From: Candidatus Methylomirabilis sp. | GTDB lineage: Bacteria; Methylomirabilota; Methylomirabilia; Methylomirabilales; Methylomirabilaceae | Direction of reading: 5' to 3' | DNA length: 26,361 nt | NCBI GenBank assembly: GCA_041498975.1 | Contig: JBGQJI010000021.1 | Coordinates: 1-26,361 of the forward strand | Notes under the pieces: generated by a model | What the model was told of the DNA's origin: nothing | The model's database searches: none | What the model saw: only the letters and a program-made list of their open reading frames with translations | Program-made: the position numbers and the translations under genes | Shown: in pieces, positions 8,322-16,871 of the stretch | Layout of the letters: every line of letters begins with the position of its first letter | Position numbering within the stretch: position 1 is the first letter of the stretch

Positions 8322-9415
8322 AGGCCACAGCCACGGTCCCCGTCTCACTCGGTAAGAGGAGTTACCAAATCCTCATCGGCAGCGGGCTGCTGAAGCGACT
8401 GGGGCCCCTCTGCGCTGAGCTGCCCCTCACACGGCGAGCCGTGATCGTCACGAACCCTCAGGTGAACCGCCTGTATGGCGCCACGGCCGCAGCCTCCTTG
8501 CGTCGGATCGGCTTTCGCGTGAAGACCGTCGAGGTCCCAGCAGGGGAGCGGGCGAAGTCCCTGCGGCAGGCGGCCCGCCTGTACCGGACCTTCTTGGACC
8601 ATCGGCTGGATCGGCGATCCGCCGTGATCGCGCTGGGCGGAGGGGTGATCGGCGATCTGGCCGGGTACGGCGCCGCGACCTACCTGCGAGGTCTTCCCCT
8701 GGTTCAGGTTCCAACCACCCTCCTGGCTCAGGTGGACAGCAGCATCGGGGGGAAGGTGGCGGTCAACCTGCCCGAAGGAAAGAATCTGGTCGGCGCCTTT
8801 CACCAGCCGTCGTTAGTGGTGGCGGATATCCACACCCTCAAGTCCCTGCCGCCACGCGAGTTCAAAGCCGGTTTGGCCGAGGTGGTCAAACACGGCATGG
8901 TCGGCGATGCTGAACTGTTCGGCTACATCGAAACGCACCTCGATTCGATTCTCCATGCCGAGGAAGACGCGTTGGCATTCCTCGTGGCACGGTCGTGCGA
9001 GATCAAGGCGAGGGTGGTCGAGCAGGATGAACGAGAGGAAGGGATGCGCGCGATCCTCAACTTCGGGCACACCGCGGGCCACGCCCTCGAGGCGACTACC
9101 GGCTACCGACGACTTCTCCACGGCGAGGCCGTGGCGATCGGCATGGTGGTGGCAACCACGCTTTCGGTGATGCGTGGGCTGTGCGAGGAACAAGACCTCC
9201 ATCGGCTGCGGTCACTCCTTGTGAGAATCGGTCTGCCGACGACGTCGTCTGTCAATCTGACAAGCCTTTTAAAGGCAATCAATTACGACAAAAAGGTGAA
9301 GAATCAGGTGATCCATTTCGTCTTGACAAAGGGAATCGGCCATGTTACGTTGGCGACCATTTCTGGTCCGGAGGAACTGAGACCTGTGCTGGCCGCCGCC
9401 GGGTGGCCATCATAA
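8318..9415 (+). CDS. aroB: 3-dehydroquinate synthase
   Basis: GGGVIGDLAG, PTTLLAQVDSSIGGK, KNLVGAFHQP, LNFGHT.GHALE, HGEAV, DKK. Confidence 0.98.
   Translation: MKATATVPVSLGKRSYQILIGSGLLKRLGPLCAELPLTRRAVIVTNPQVNRLYGATAAASLRRIGFRVKTVEVPAGERAKSLRQAARLYRTFLDHRLDRRSAVIALGGGVIGDLAGYGAATYLRGLPLVQVPTTLLAQVDSSIGGKVAVNLPEGKNLVGAFHQPSLVVADIHTLKSLPPREFKAGLAEVVKHGMVGDAELFGYIETHLDSILHAEEDALAFLVARSCEIKARVVEQDEREEGMRAILNFGHTAGHALEATTGYRRLLHGEAVAIGMVVATTLSVMRGLCEEQDLHRLRSLLVRIGLPTTSSVNLTSLLKAINYDKKVKNQVIHFVLTKGIGHVTLATISGPEELRPVLAAAGWPS
9323..9351 (+). promoter_or_regulatory. Putative sigma70 promoter inside the 3' end of aroB
   Basis: TTGACA (9323-9328), 17 nt, TACGTT (9346-9351), with extended -10 TG. 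Upstream 9241-9300 is 40% GC within an otherwise GC-rich gene. Confidence 0.6.
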
Positions 9416-9429
9416 GAGAGGGGACAAAG

Positions 9430-10314
9430 ATCGGCAAAGCGCCTCGACCTGTCCGGAATCCGCAGCCGGGCGAAGGCTCCTCGCACTCTGTCGCCCGGAT
9501 GGCCGATCGTTATCGGAAGCGCGGCCAATTCGAGGACGCGATCATGCTATGCCTCCAGGAATTGAGCGCCCGACCAGCCTATGTCAGCGCCCGCGTCGTG
9601 CTCGGGCGGGCGTACCTGGAGCGGGGTGATTACGCCAAGGCCGAAGAGGAGTTTCGTCGGGTCGTCGAATTATCGCCGGAGAACGTGCGCGCGCGCGTTC
9701 ACCTCGGCCAGATCTGCGAGGGACAGGGCAGGGCGCACGACGCAATCCAGCACTACGAGGCGGCCCTGGAACAAGCTCCACTGAACAGGGAGATTCTGGC
9801 GAGCTTGCACAGGGTCCGCAGTTCCATCCCCCCGTCTGACGCTTCACCGTCCAGAGCCGGGACCAGGGATGTTCCTGGGCTTCCGCCGGACGCCTGGGCC
9901 CCCGGAACCGTGGAGACAGGGGGAGATTTATTCGCCACCGAGACGCTCGCGGATCTGTACGCCTCGCAGGGGCTCGCGGATCGAGCAGCCGCCATCTACA
10001 CGCAACTGCTCGACGAGGAGCCTTCCAGGGAGGGCATTCGCGAGAAGCTGACGGCCATCGTGAAGAGGCGGGAGGGGATCTCGCTCGCGCCTGTGGCGGC
10101 AAGCGCGACTGGAGCAGCGCACCAATCGATGGCATCCCAGCCGCAATCGCCGACGAGCCTGCCGTCTCCCTGCGAGGTATCCGGGGTGTTCGCCGCCGTT
10201 GGCGCTGCGATCCCTATACGGATGCATCGCGAGCAGATGCTGCTCAAAGAATTGGAGTCCTGGCTGCAGGGGATCCGCCGCTACCGGAAGATGGCGGCGG
10301 AACCAGTGACATGA
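9430..10314 (+). CDS. Tetratricopeptide repeat protein (start uncertain: GTG 9403, ATC 9430 or ATG 9499)
   Basis: TPR units (ARVVLGRAYLERGDYAKAEEEFRRVVELSPEN; ARVHLGQICEGQGRAHDAIQHYEAALEQAP) and a second TPR-like motif TETLADLYASQG...AAAIYTQLL. The ORF-track start at 9181 lies deep inside aroB and is unlikely. Confidence 0.85.
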   Translation: MGKAPRPVRNPQPGEGSSHSVARMADRYRKRGQFEDAIMLCLQELSARPAYVSARVVLGRAYLERGDYAKAEEEFRRVVELSPENVRARVHLGQICEGQGRAHDAIQHYEAALEQAPLNREILASLHRVRSSIPPSDASPSRAGTRDVPGLPPDAWAPGTVETGGDLFATETLADLYASQGLADRAAAIYTQLLDEEPSREGIREKLTAIVKRREGISLAPVAASATGAAHQSMASQPQSPTSLPSPCEVSGVFAAVGAAIPIRMHREQMLLKELESWLQGIRRYRKMAAEPVT

Positions 10315-10366
10315 CGCAGTGGAGGCCTGCTCTTCCCCCGTCGCTCCGATCCGTGTGAGGTGGCAA

Positions 10367-10846
10367 GTGTCCCGACGGCAATCCTCGAAAGGTTCCCCGG
10401 TCAGGCGGATCCTGGTGCTGAACGGTCCTAACCTGAACCTGTTAGGAGGCCGCGAGCCGGATCAGTACGGTCGAATGACACTGAAGGAGATCGAGGATCA
10501 GCTCAGATCCTACGCCGCCTCCCGAGACACCGAGATCCGCTTCATCCAATCGAACCACGAGGGCGCCCTCATCGACGCCATCCACAACGCCATCGGTTGG
10601 GCCGACGCACTGGTGGTCAACCCTGCGGGCCTCACCCACACAAGCGTCGGACTGCGAGACGCGATCCTCGCCTCGGAGATCACGGCAGTGGAGGTCCACC
10701 TGTCGAACATTTACCGGCGGGAGGAGTTTCGCCGCCAGTCGCTGATCGCAGACGTCGTGTCCGGGCAGATCACGGGGTTCGGCGCGTTCGGCTATCTGCT
10801 CGCGATGCAAGCCGCCCTCCACCTTCTTCAACAAAGGAAATCGTAG
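10367..10846 (+). CDS. aroQ: Type II 3-dehydroquinate dehydratase
   Basis: LNGPNLNLLG.REP..YG, QSNHEG, NPAGLTHTS, EVHLSN. Start set at GTG 10367 after SD GAGGT. Confidence 0.96.
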   Translation: MSRRQSSKGSPVRRILVLNGPNLNLLGGREPDQYGRMTLKEIEDQLRSYAASRDTEIRFIQSNHEGALIDAIHNAIGWADALVVNPAGLTHTSVGLRDAILASEITAVEVHLSNIYRREEFRRQSLIADVVSGQITGFGAFGYLLAMQAALHLLQQRKS

Positions 10847-10888
10847 GGTGGGGTGCCGGATGAGGCAGACCCGCGAGGAAAAAAAGCA

Positions 10889-11449
10889 ATGATGATCGCA
10901 GGAGGAGATCTTCGCCCAGGGGTAAAGGTCGAGTTGGACGGGAGCCCGTACGTCGTGACCGACTATCAGTGGGTCAAACCCGGCAAGGGCGGGGCTTTCA
11001 TGCGGACCAAGCTCAAGAACATGAAGACCGGTGCCATCATCGACCGCACGTTCAGGACCGATGAAAAGCTCCAAAGGGCAGACGTGGAAGAGAGGAAGGT
11101 TCAGTTCCTCTATCGCGCCGAGGACGCCTATCACTTCATGGATACGGAGAGCTTCGACCAGTTCACCTTAGGCGAGAAGCAGCTCGGAGAGGCCAGCGGC
11201 TTTCTCAAGGAAGGGCTGGTTCTTTCGATCCTGTTCCACCGGGCGGAACCTGCCGGGGTGGTGCTTCCGACCTTCGTAGAGCTCACGGTTGCCGACACTG
11301 AGCCCGGCGTCCGTGGCGACACCGCCTCCGGCGGCTCCAAGCCAGCCAAACTGGAGACCGGCGCAATGATCCAGGTCCCGCTGTTCATCAACATCGGCGA
11401 CCTGCTTCGCGTAGATACACGCTCGGGCGCCTACGTGGAGCGAGCCTGA
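10889..11449 (+). CDS. efp: Elongation factor P
   Basis: VKPGKG (Lys-type loop), YHFMD.E.F.Q, PGVRGDT, KPAKLETG, VPLFI. SD GAGGA before ATG ATG (10889/10892). Confidence 0.97.
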   Translation: MMIAGGDLRPGVKVELDGSPYVVTDYQWVKPGKGGAFMRTKLKNMKTGAIIDRTFRTDEKLQRADVEERKVQFLYRAEDAYHFMDTESFDQFTLGEKQLGEASGFLKEGLVLSILFHRAEPAGVVLPTFVELTVADTEPGVRGDTASGGSKPAKLETGAMIQVPLFINIGDLLRVDTRSGAYVERA

Positions 11450-11459
11450 GGGGAGCCCC

Positions 11460-11909
11460 ATGGACCTCAAGGAGATCAAGGCGGTCCTGAAACTGATTCA
11501 GGAGACCGATATCGAGGAGATCGAGGTCGAGCAGGACGGTCGGCGCGTTCGCGTCAGGCGTCGCGGATCCCAGGCCGCTGCGCCATTGCCGACCGTGGTT
11601 CCCTCCGCCCCGATGCCCGAGATGGCGGTGACGGGCCCGAGTGCGCCGGCAGTCCCCGAGGTCACAAACCTCATCACCGTTGAGTCACCGATGGTTGGCA
11701 CCTTTTACCGGGCGCCGGCGCCAGGGGCCGATCCCTACATACAGCAAGGCGACAAGGTTCAAAAGGGGACGGTCCTCTGCCTGATCGAGGCGATGAAACT
11801 CATGAACGAGATCGAGTCCGAGGTCAGTGGCAGAGTGCACTCCATCCTGGTCGAGAACGCGCAGCCGGTCGAGTATGGACAGCCGCTCTTTCTCATCGAA
11901 CCCGCCTGA
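11460..11909 (+). CDS. accB: Acetyl-CoA carboxylase biotin carboxyl carrier protein
   Basis: SPMVGTFY, EAMKLMNEI biotinylation motif, Pro/Ala linker. Confidence 0.97.
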   Translation: MDLKEIKAVLKLIQETDIEEIEVEQDGRRVRVRRRGSQAAAPLPTVVPSAPMPEMAVTGPSAPAVPEVTNLITVESPMVGTFYRAPAPGADPYIQQGDKVQKGTVLCLIEAMKLMNEIESEVSGRVHSILVENAQPVEYGQPLFLIEPA

Positions 11910-11926
11910 TCTGTCCTCAGCCTCCC

Positions 11927-11958
11927 GTGACCCGGTGAGCCCGTTCGGTCCGGGTCAT
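11927..11958 (+). other. Intercistronic stem-loop between accB and accC
   Basis: tgacccgg (11928-11935) / ccgggtca (11950-11957) perfect 8-bp inverted repeat. No U-tract. Confidence 0.5.
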
Positions 11959-11978
11959 CCGCCCGGTCCTGTGTTCTC

Positions 11979-13316
11979 ATGTTTTCCAAGATCCTGATCG
12001 CCAACAGGGGGGAGATCGCCCTCCGGATCATCCGCGCTTGCCGTGAACTGGGCGTGAAAGCCGTCGCCGTCTACTCTGAGGCAGACGCCAAGTCGTTGCA
12101 CGTGCAGTTGGCGGACCAGGCGATTTGCATCGGCCCTTCCCAGGCTGCCCAGAGCTATCTGAACGCGCCCCGCCTGATCAGCGCCGCCGGCATCACCGGC
12201 GCCGAAGCGATCCACCCAGGGTACGGATTCCTGGCAGAAAACAGCTCCTTTGCGGAAATCTGTGAGCAGTCCGGGATCGTGTTCATCGGACCCACCGCCG
12301 AACAGATCCGGCTCATGGGGGACAAGGTCAAAGCACGCGAGACCGCCGTGGCAGCCGGGGTTTCGGTGGTGCCCGGGAGTCAGGCGCCGCTCGCCAGTGC
12401 GGACGAGGCCGCCGCGCTCGCGCCGCAGGTCGGCTACCCGCTCATGTTGAAGGCCAGTGCGGGCGGCGGAGGGAAAGGGATGCGGCTGGTGTCTTCGCCG
12501 ACGGAACTCGGGCGGGCCTTCGCAGCCGCCTCAGCGGAGGCAGCTGCCGCGTTCGGGAATCCCACCCTCTACCTCGAGCGGTACGTCTCTCCGGCCCGTC
12601 ACGTCGAGATTCAACTCCTCGGAGACCAGAACGGCTCGGCCGTCCACCTAGGCGAGCGCGATTGCTCGATTCAGCGGCGTCACCAGAAACTCCTCGAGGA
12701 GTCGCCCTCGCCGGCCATGACGCCGGACCTCAGGGCCCGGATGGGCGAGGCGGCTGTCAGGCTGGCCTGCTCGGTCAACTACCTAGGGGCCGGGACTGTC
12801 GAGTTCCTCCTGGACCCGCAGGGAAACTTCTACTTCATGGAAATGAATACCAGGATCCAGGTGGAGCACCCGGTGACGGAGATGGTGACCGGCATCGATC
12901 TGGTGAAGGCTCAGATCCGCATCGCCGCCGGCGAGCCGCTCTCACTGACCCAGGGGGATATCGAACTGAGGGGGCACAGCATCGAATGCCGCATCAATGC
13001 AGAAGATCCCGAAACCTTCCTTCCCTCGCCAGGCAAAATCTCGAGCCTCCGCTTGCCGGGAGGGCCAGGGGTGCGGGTTGATACCCACTTGTATGCGGGT
13101 TCCTCCATTCCTCCCTTCTACGACTCGTTGATGGCCAAGCTCATCGTGCTCGGTCAAACCCGCGCTGAAGCCATCGCCAGGATGCTTCGAGCACTGGACG
13201 AGCTGGAGATCAACGGAGTCAAATCCACGATCCCACTCCATAAGCGAATTCTCACCTCGCCGGAGTTCGTGGCCGGGCGGGTCTCCACCCGGTTCTTGGA
13301 GTCGGTGCTGGTGTGA
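11979..13316 (+). CDS. accC: Acetyl-CoA carboxylase biotin carboxylase subunit
   Basis: [53 protein letters not shown]. Confidence 0.98.
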   Translation: MFSKILIANRGEIALRIIRACRELGVKAVAVYSEADAKSLHVQLADQAICIGPSQAAQSYLNAPRLISAAGITGAEAIHPGYGFLAENSSFAEICEQSGIVFIGPTAEQIRLMGDKVKARETAVAAGVSVVPGSQAPLASADEAAALAPQVGYPLMLKASAGGGGKGMRLVSSPTELGRAFAAASAEAAAAFGNPTLYLERYVSPARHVEIQLLGDQNGSAVHLGERDCSIQRRHQKLLEESPSPAMTPDLRARMGEAAVRLACSVNYLGAGTVEFLLDPQGNFYFMEMNTRIQVEHPVTEMVTGIDLVKAQIRIAAGEPLSLTQGDIELRGHSIECRINAEDPETFLPSPGKISSLRLPGGPGVRVDTHLYAGSSIPPFYDSLMAKLIVLGQTRAEAIARMLRALDELEINGVKSTIPLHKRILTSPEFVAGRVSTRFLESVLV

Positions 13317-13325
13317 CGCCGGACA

Positions 13326-13970
<645 letters not shown>

Positions 13971-13985
13971 CGTTACAAAAAGCCG

Positions 13986-14015
13986 TTGACAGCGTTCTGT
14001 CGTTGTTCTTATAGT
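13986..14015 (+). promoter_or_regulatory. Putative sigma70 promoter of the liv operon
   Basis: TTGACA (13986-13991), 18 nt, TATAGT (14010-14015), preceded by an A-tract (ttacaaaaa). Confidence 0.75.
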
Positions 14016-14115
14016 GGGTTGCGCGCTGGCTCTTGCCGATGCGCGGCCATGCTTTCCGAGGTGATGAAGGTCTAGCCGCGACGATCTTGCTGCCACCACG
14101 TCGATAGAGGAGGGG

Positions 14116-15231
14116 ATGATGGGGCGGCGGAGGATGTGGTTGTGGACGGCCGGTGCAGTCGTCGTGCTTGCCATTGGCCAAGTCCACGCGGACAGTACCA
14201 TCAAAATCGGGGTCGCCGGCCCCCTCACGGGCGATCAGGGAGCTTTCGGAGAGGAGCTGAAGAACGGCGCGCTCATCGCCGTGGAAGAGTGGAACGCCAA
14301 GGGCGGCGGCCTTGGGAATAAGATCGAAATCTCGTGGGGCGACGACCAGCACGATCCGAAGCAGGCCGTCTCGGTCGCCAACAAGTTCGTGAACGAAGGG
14401 GTGGTCGGCGTCGTCGGGCATTTCAACAGCAGTTGTTCGATCCCGGCCTCCACGATCTACCACGACGGAAAGATCGTCCAGCTCACCCCTGCCTCGACCA
14501 ATCCGGATTTCACCGAGCGTGGCCTCTGGAACGTGTTCCGCGTCTGCGGCAGAGACGACCAGCAGGGAAGCGTCGCTGCGACCTTCATCGCGAAGAAGCT
14601 GAAAAAGAGCAAGGTCGCGGTCCTGCACGACAAGACGACGTATGGGCAAGGGCTGGCGAACGAAACCGTGAAAGCACTGGAAAAGGCCAAGGTCAAGCCT
14701 GTCTACTACGGCGGGATCACCCAGGGAGAGAAGGACTACCGTCCGGTCCTGACCGCCATGAAAGGGAAAGACCCCGAGGTCCTTTTCTACGGAGGGATCT
14801 ACCCGGAGGCCATCCTCTTGACCAAGCAGATGCGCGAGCTGGGGATGAAGACCATTTTCGTCAGTGGCGATGGCGTCTGGACGAAAGAATATATCGAGAT
14901 TGCCGGGAGTGACGCCGAGGGTGCGTTCATCACCTTTACGCCGGACCAGACGAAGATCAAGGAGGCCCGGGGGGTCATCAAGACACACAGAGAAAAGTTC
15001 GGCTCAGACGTAGGGGCCTATACCGTGTATAGCTACGTGGCAGCCAACATCCTGCTTGACGCGGTCGCTGCGACCAAATCCACAGATGCCGTCAAGATCG
15101 CAGACTACATCAGGAAGACCAAGTGGAACACCGCCCTGGGACCGATCCAGTTCGACAAGAAAGGCGACGTTCTGGTGTCGCCCTACGTGGTCTGGGAGGT
15201 CAAGAACGGGAAGTTCGTGGAAGTGAAGTAG
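14116..15231 (+). CDS. livK: Branched-chain amino acid-type ABC transporter substrate-binding protein, paralogue 1
   Basis: Signal peptide, IKIGVAGPLTG, DDQHDPKQA, GHFNSS, HDKTTYGQG, FDKKGD. LivJ/LivK family; actual ligand unknown. Confidence 0.92.
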   Translation: MMGRRRMWLWTAGAVVVLAIGQVHADSTIKIGVAGPLTGDQGAFGEELKNGALIAVEEWNAKGGGLGNKIEISWGDDQHDPKQAVSVANKFVNEGVVGVVGHFNSSCSIPASTIYHDGKIVQLTPASTNPDFTERGLWNVFRVCGRDDQQGSVAATFIAKKLKKSKVAVLHDKTTYGQGLANETVKALEKAKVKPVYYGGITQGEKDYRPVLTAMKGKDPEVLFYGGIYPEAILLTKQMRELGMKTIFVSGDGVWTKEYIEIAGSDAEGAFITFTPDQTKIKEARGVIKTHREKFGSDVGAYTVYSYVAANILLDAVAATKSTDAVKIADYIRKTKWNTALGPIQFDKKGDVLVSPYVVWEVKNGKFVEVK

Positions 15232-15252
15232 GACGGATGCCACTCGGGTCAT

Positions 15253-15288
15253 GGGGGAGGGAAGGGAGCGATCTCTTCCGTCCTTTTT
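15253..15288 (+). terminator. Terminator-like hairpin with GCGA tetraloop after livK1
   Basis: gggggagggaaggga-GCGA-tctcttccgtcc-ttttt. Confidence 0.65.
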
Positions 15289-15300
15289 CTTTGGCGAAAT

Positions 15301-15432
15301 ACGATCGTCCAACAATTGATTAACGGCCTCAAGCTTTGCAGCGTCTACGCCGTGATCGCGCTGGCCAGCCTCTGATTCGGGCTGCTGTCGCTGACTCTGA
15401 TGACGGATCTTCATGCCCCGCATTCCGCCCTG
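15301..15432 (+). pseudogene. Decayed livH'-'livM fusion remnant
   Basis: 15301-15363 reads TIVQQLINGLKLCSVYAVIAL (LivH: MLLQQLVNGLTLGSVYALIAL; ATG>ACG). 15361-15432 reads LASL*FGLLSLTLMTDLHAPHSAL (LivM: LASLWFGLLSLPLMIDLQATDFGL; TGG>TGA). Confidence 0.9.
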
Positions 15433-15686
15433 TTGCTCCGAGGACGACGAGAGCGGGCGCGGGGGGGGGCGAAGGCTCTGGAGGAGGGTCTGGATCCCGG
15501 GCTCGGACGAGCAGCCAAGACCCCGGATTGTACCTCAGACTGTCTCGGGATGCACAGTTTTCACGGTGGATTCAGGATGACTTCATTTTCGTGTTTATGG
15601 GAAGGCATCCGCTTAGGAGAGAAGTGGGGCAGGAGTCCCAGTAATGATACCTGAACATGTAGTGAGCAGGATTAAGGGAGGAGGAC

Positions 15687-16802
15687 ATGATTCCACGGTG
15701 GAGGATCTGGTCTGTCACGGCCGGCGCAATCGTTATGCTTGCGTTCAGCCAGTCCCATGCGGCCAGCGCGATCAAGCTCGGAGTGGCAGGCCCGCTTACG
15801 GGCGATCAGGGAGCGATCGGAGAGCAGGGGAAGAACGGGGCCATCATCGCGGTGGAAGAGTGGAACGCCAAAGGCGGTGTTCTCGGAAAGAGAATCGAGA
15901 TCGTCTGGGGCGATGACCAGCACGATCCGAAACAAGCCGTCGCCGTCGCCAACAAGTTTTTGAATGAGGGGGTCGCCGGTGTGATCGGCCACTACAACAG
16001 CAGTTGCTCGATCCCGGCCTCCACGATCTATCACGGGGGCAAGGTTATCCAAATTTCATGGGGCTCTACCAATCCTCAGTTCACGGAGCGTGATCTGTGG
16101 AACGTGTTCCGCACAATCGGCAGGGATGACCAACAGGGCAGTGTTGCCGCCGCCTTCATTGCGAGGAAGCTGAAAAAGACCAGAGTGGCAGTGGTGCACG
16201 ACAAGACCACGGCCGGCCAGGGACAGGCGGATGAGGTGGTGAAGGCCCTGGAGAAGGACAAGATCAAGCCCGTGTACTATGGCGCCATCACGCAAGGAGA
16301 GAAAGACTACCGTCCGGTTCTGACCGCCGTGAAACAGAAGAATCCGGAGGCGCTCTACTATGGTGGGTACTACCCAGAGGCCATCCTTCTGACAAAACAG
16401 ATGCGCGAGCTGGGGATGAAGACCGTGTTCGTGAGCAGCGACGGCGTATGGCAGCAGGAGTACATCGACATCGCCGGCAAAGATGCCGAGGGCGCCTACG
16501 TCACCTTTACGCCGGACCAGACGAAGATCAAGGAGGCCCAGGGGATTATCAAGAAACACAAGGAAAAGTTTGGTTCAGATGTGGGGGCCTACACGGTCTA
16601 TAGCTACGCGGCAGCCAACATCCTGCTCGAAGCGATCGCTGCAACCAAGTCCACCGATGGCCCCAAGCTCGCCGAGCATATCAGGAAGACCAAGTGGAAC
16701 ACCGCCTTGGGACCGATTCAGTTCGACAAGAAGGGCGATGTCCTCGTGTCACCCTTTGTGGTCTGGGAGGTCAAGAACGGGAAGTTCGTAGAAGTGAGGT
16801 AG
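15687..16802 (+). CDS. livK: Branched-chain amino acid-type ABC transporter substrate-binding protein, paralogue 2
   Basis: Strong SD GGAGGAGG. Same length (371 aa) and motifs as paralogue 1. Confidence 0.92.
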   Translation: MIPRWRIWSVTAGAIVMLAFSQSHAASAIKLGVAGPLTGDQGAIGEQGKNGAIIAVEEWNAKGGVLGKRIEIVWGDDQHDPKQAVAVANKFLNEGVAGVIGHYNSSCSIPASTIYHGGKVIQISWGSTNPQFTERDLWNVFRTIGRDDQQGSVAAAFIARKLKKTRVAVVHDKTTAGQGQADEVVKALEKDKIKPVYYGAITQGEKDYRPVLTAVKQKNPEALYYGGYYPEAILLTKQMRELGMKTVFVSSDGVWQQEYIDIAGKDAEGAYVTFTPDQTKIKEAQGIIKKHKEKFGSDVGAYTVYSYAAANILLEAIAATKSTDGPKLAEHIRKTKWNTALGPIQFDKKGDVLVSPFVVWEVKNGKFVEVR

Positions 16803-16823
16803 GCCCAATGTCACTCGAGTCAT

Positions 16824-16858
16824 GGGGGAGGGAAGGGAGCGATCTCTTCCCTCTTTTT
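16824..16858 (+). terminator. Terminator-like hairpin with GCGA tetraloop between livK2 and livH
   Basis: gggggagggaaggga-GCGA-tctcttccctc-ttttt. Confidence 0.65.
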
Positions 16859-16871
16859 ATCTCGGTGGGAT

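Noticed and set aside
13317..13325. TPP riboswitch before thiE
   Set aside because: Only 9 bp separate accC and thiE; no room and no motif.
15336..15654. Short ORFs in the livK1-livK2 spacer (15336-15644, 15400-15654)
   Set aside because: No SD or protein-like character; the 5' part is explained by the livH/livM remnant.
15248..16850. 32-nt exact repeat as a CRISPR repeat or IS end
   Set aside because: Only two copies 1571 bp apart, both part of the larger duplication; no cas or transposase genes.
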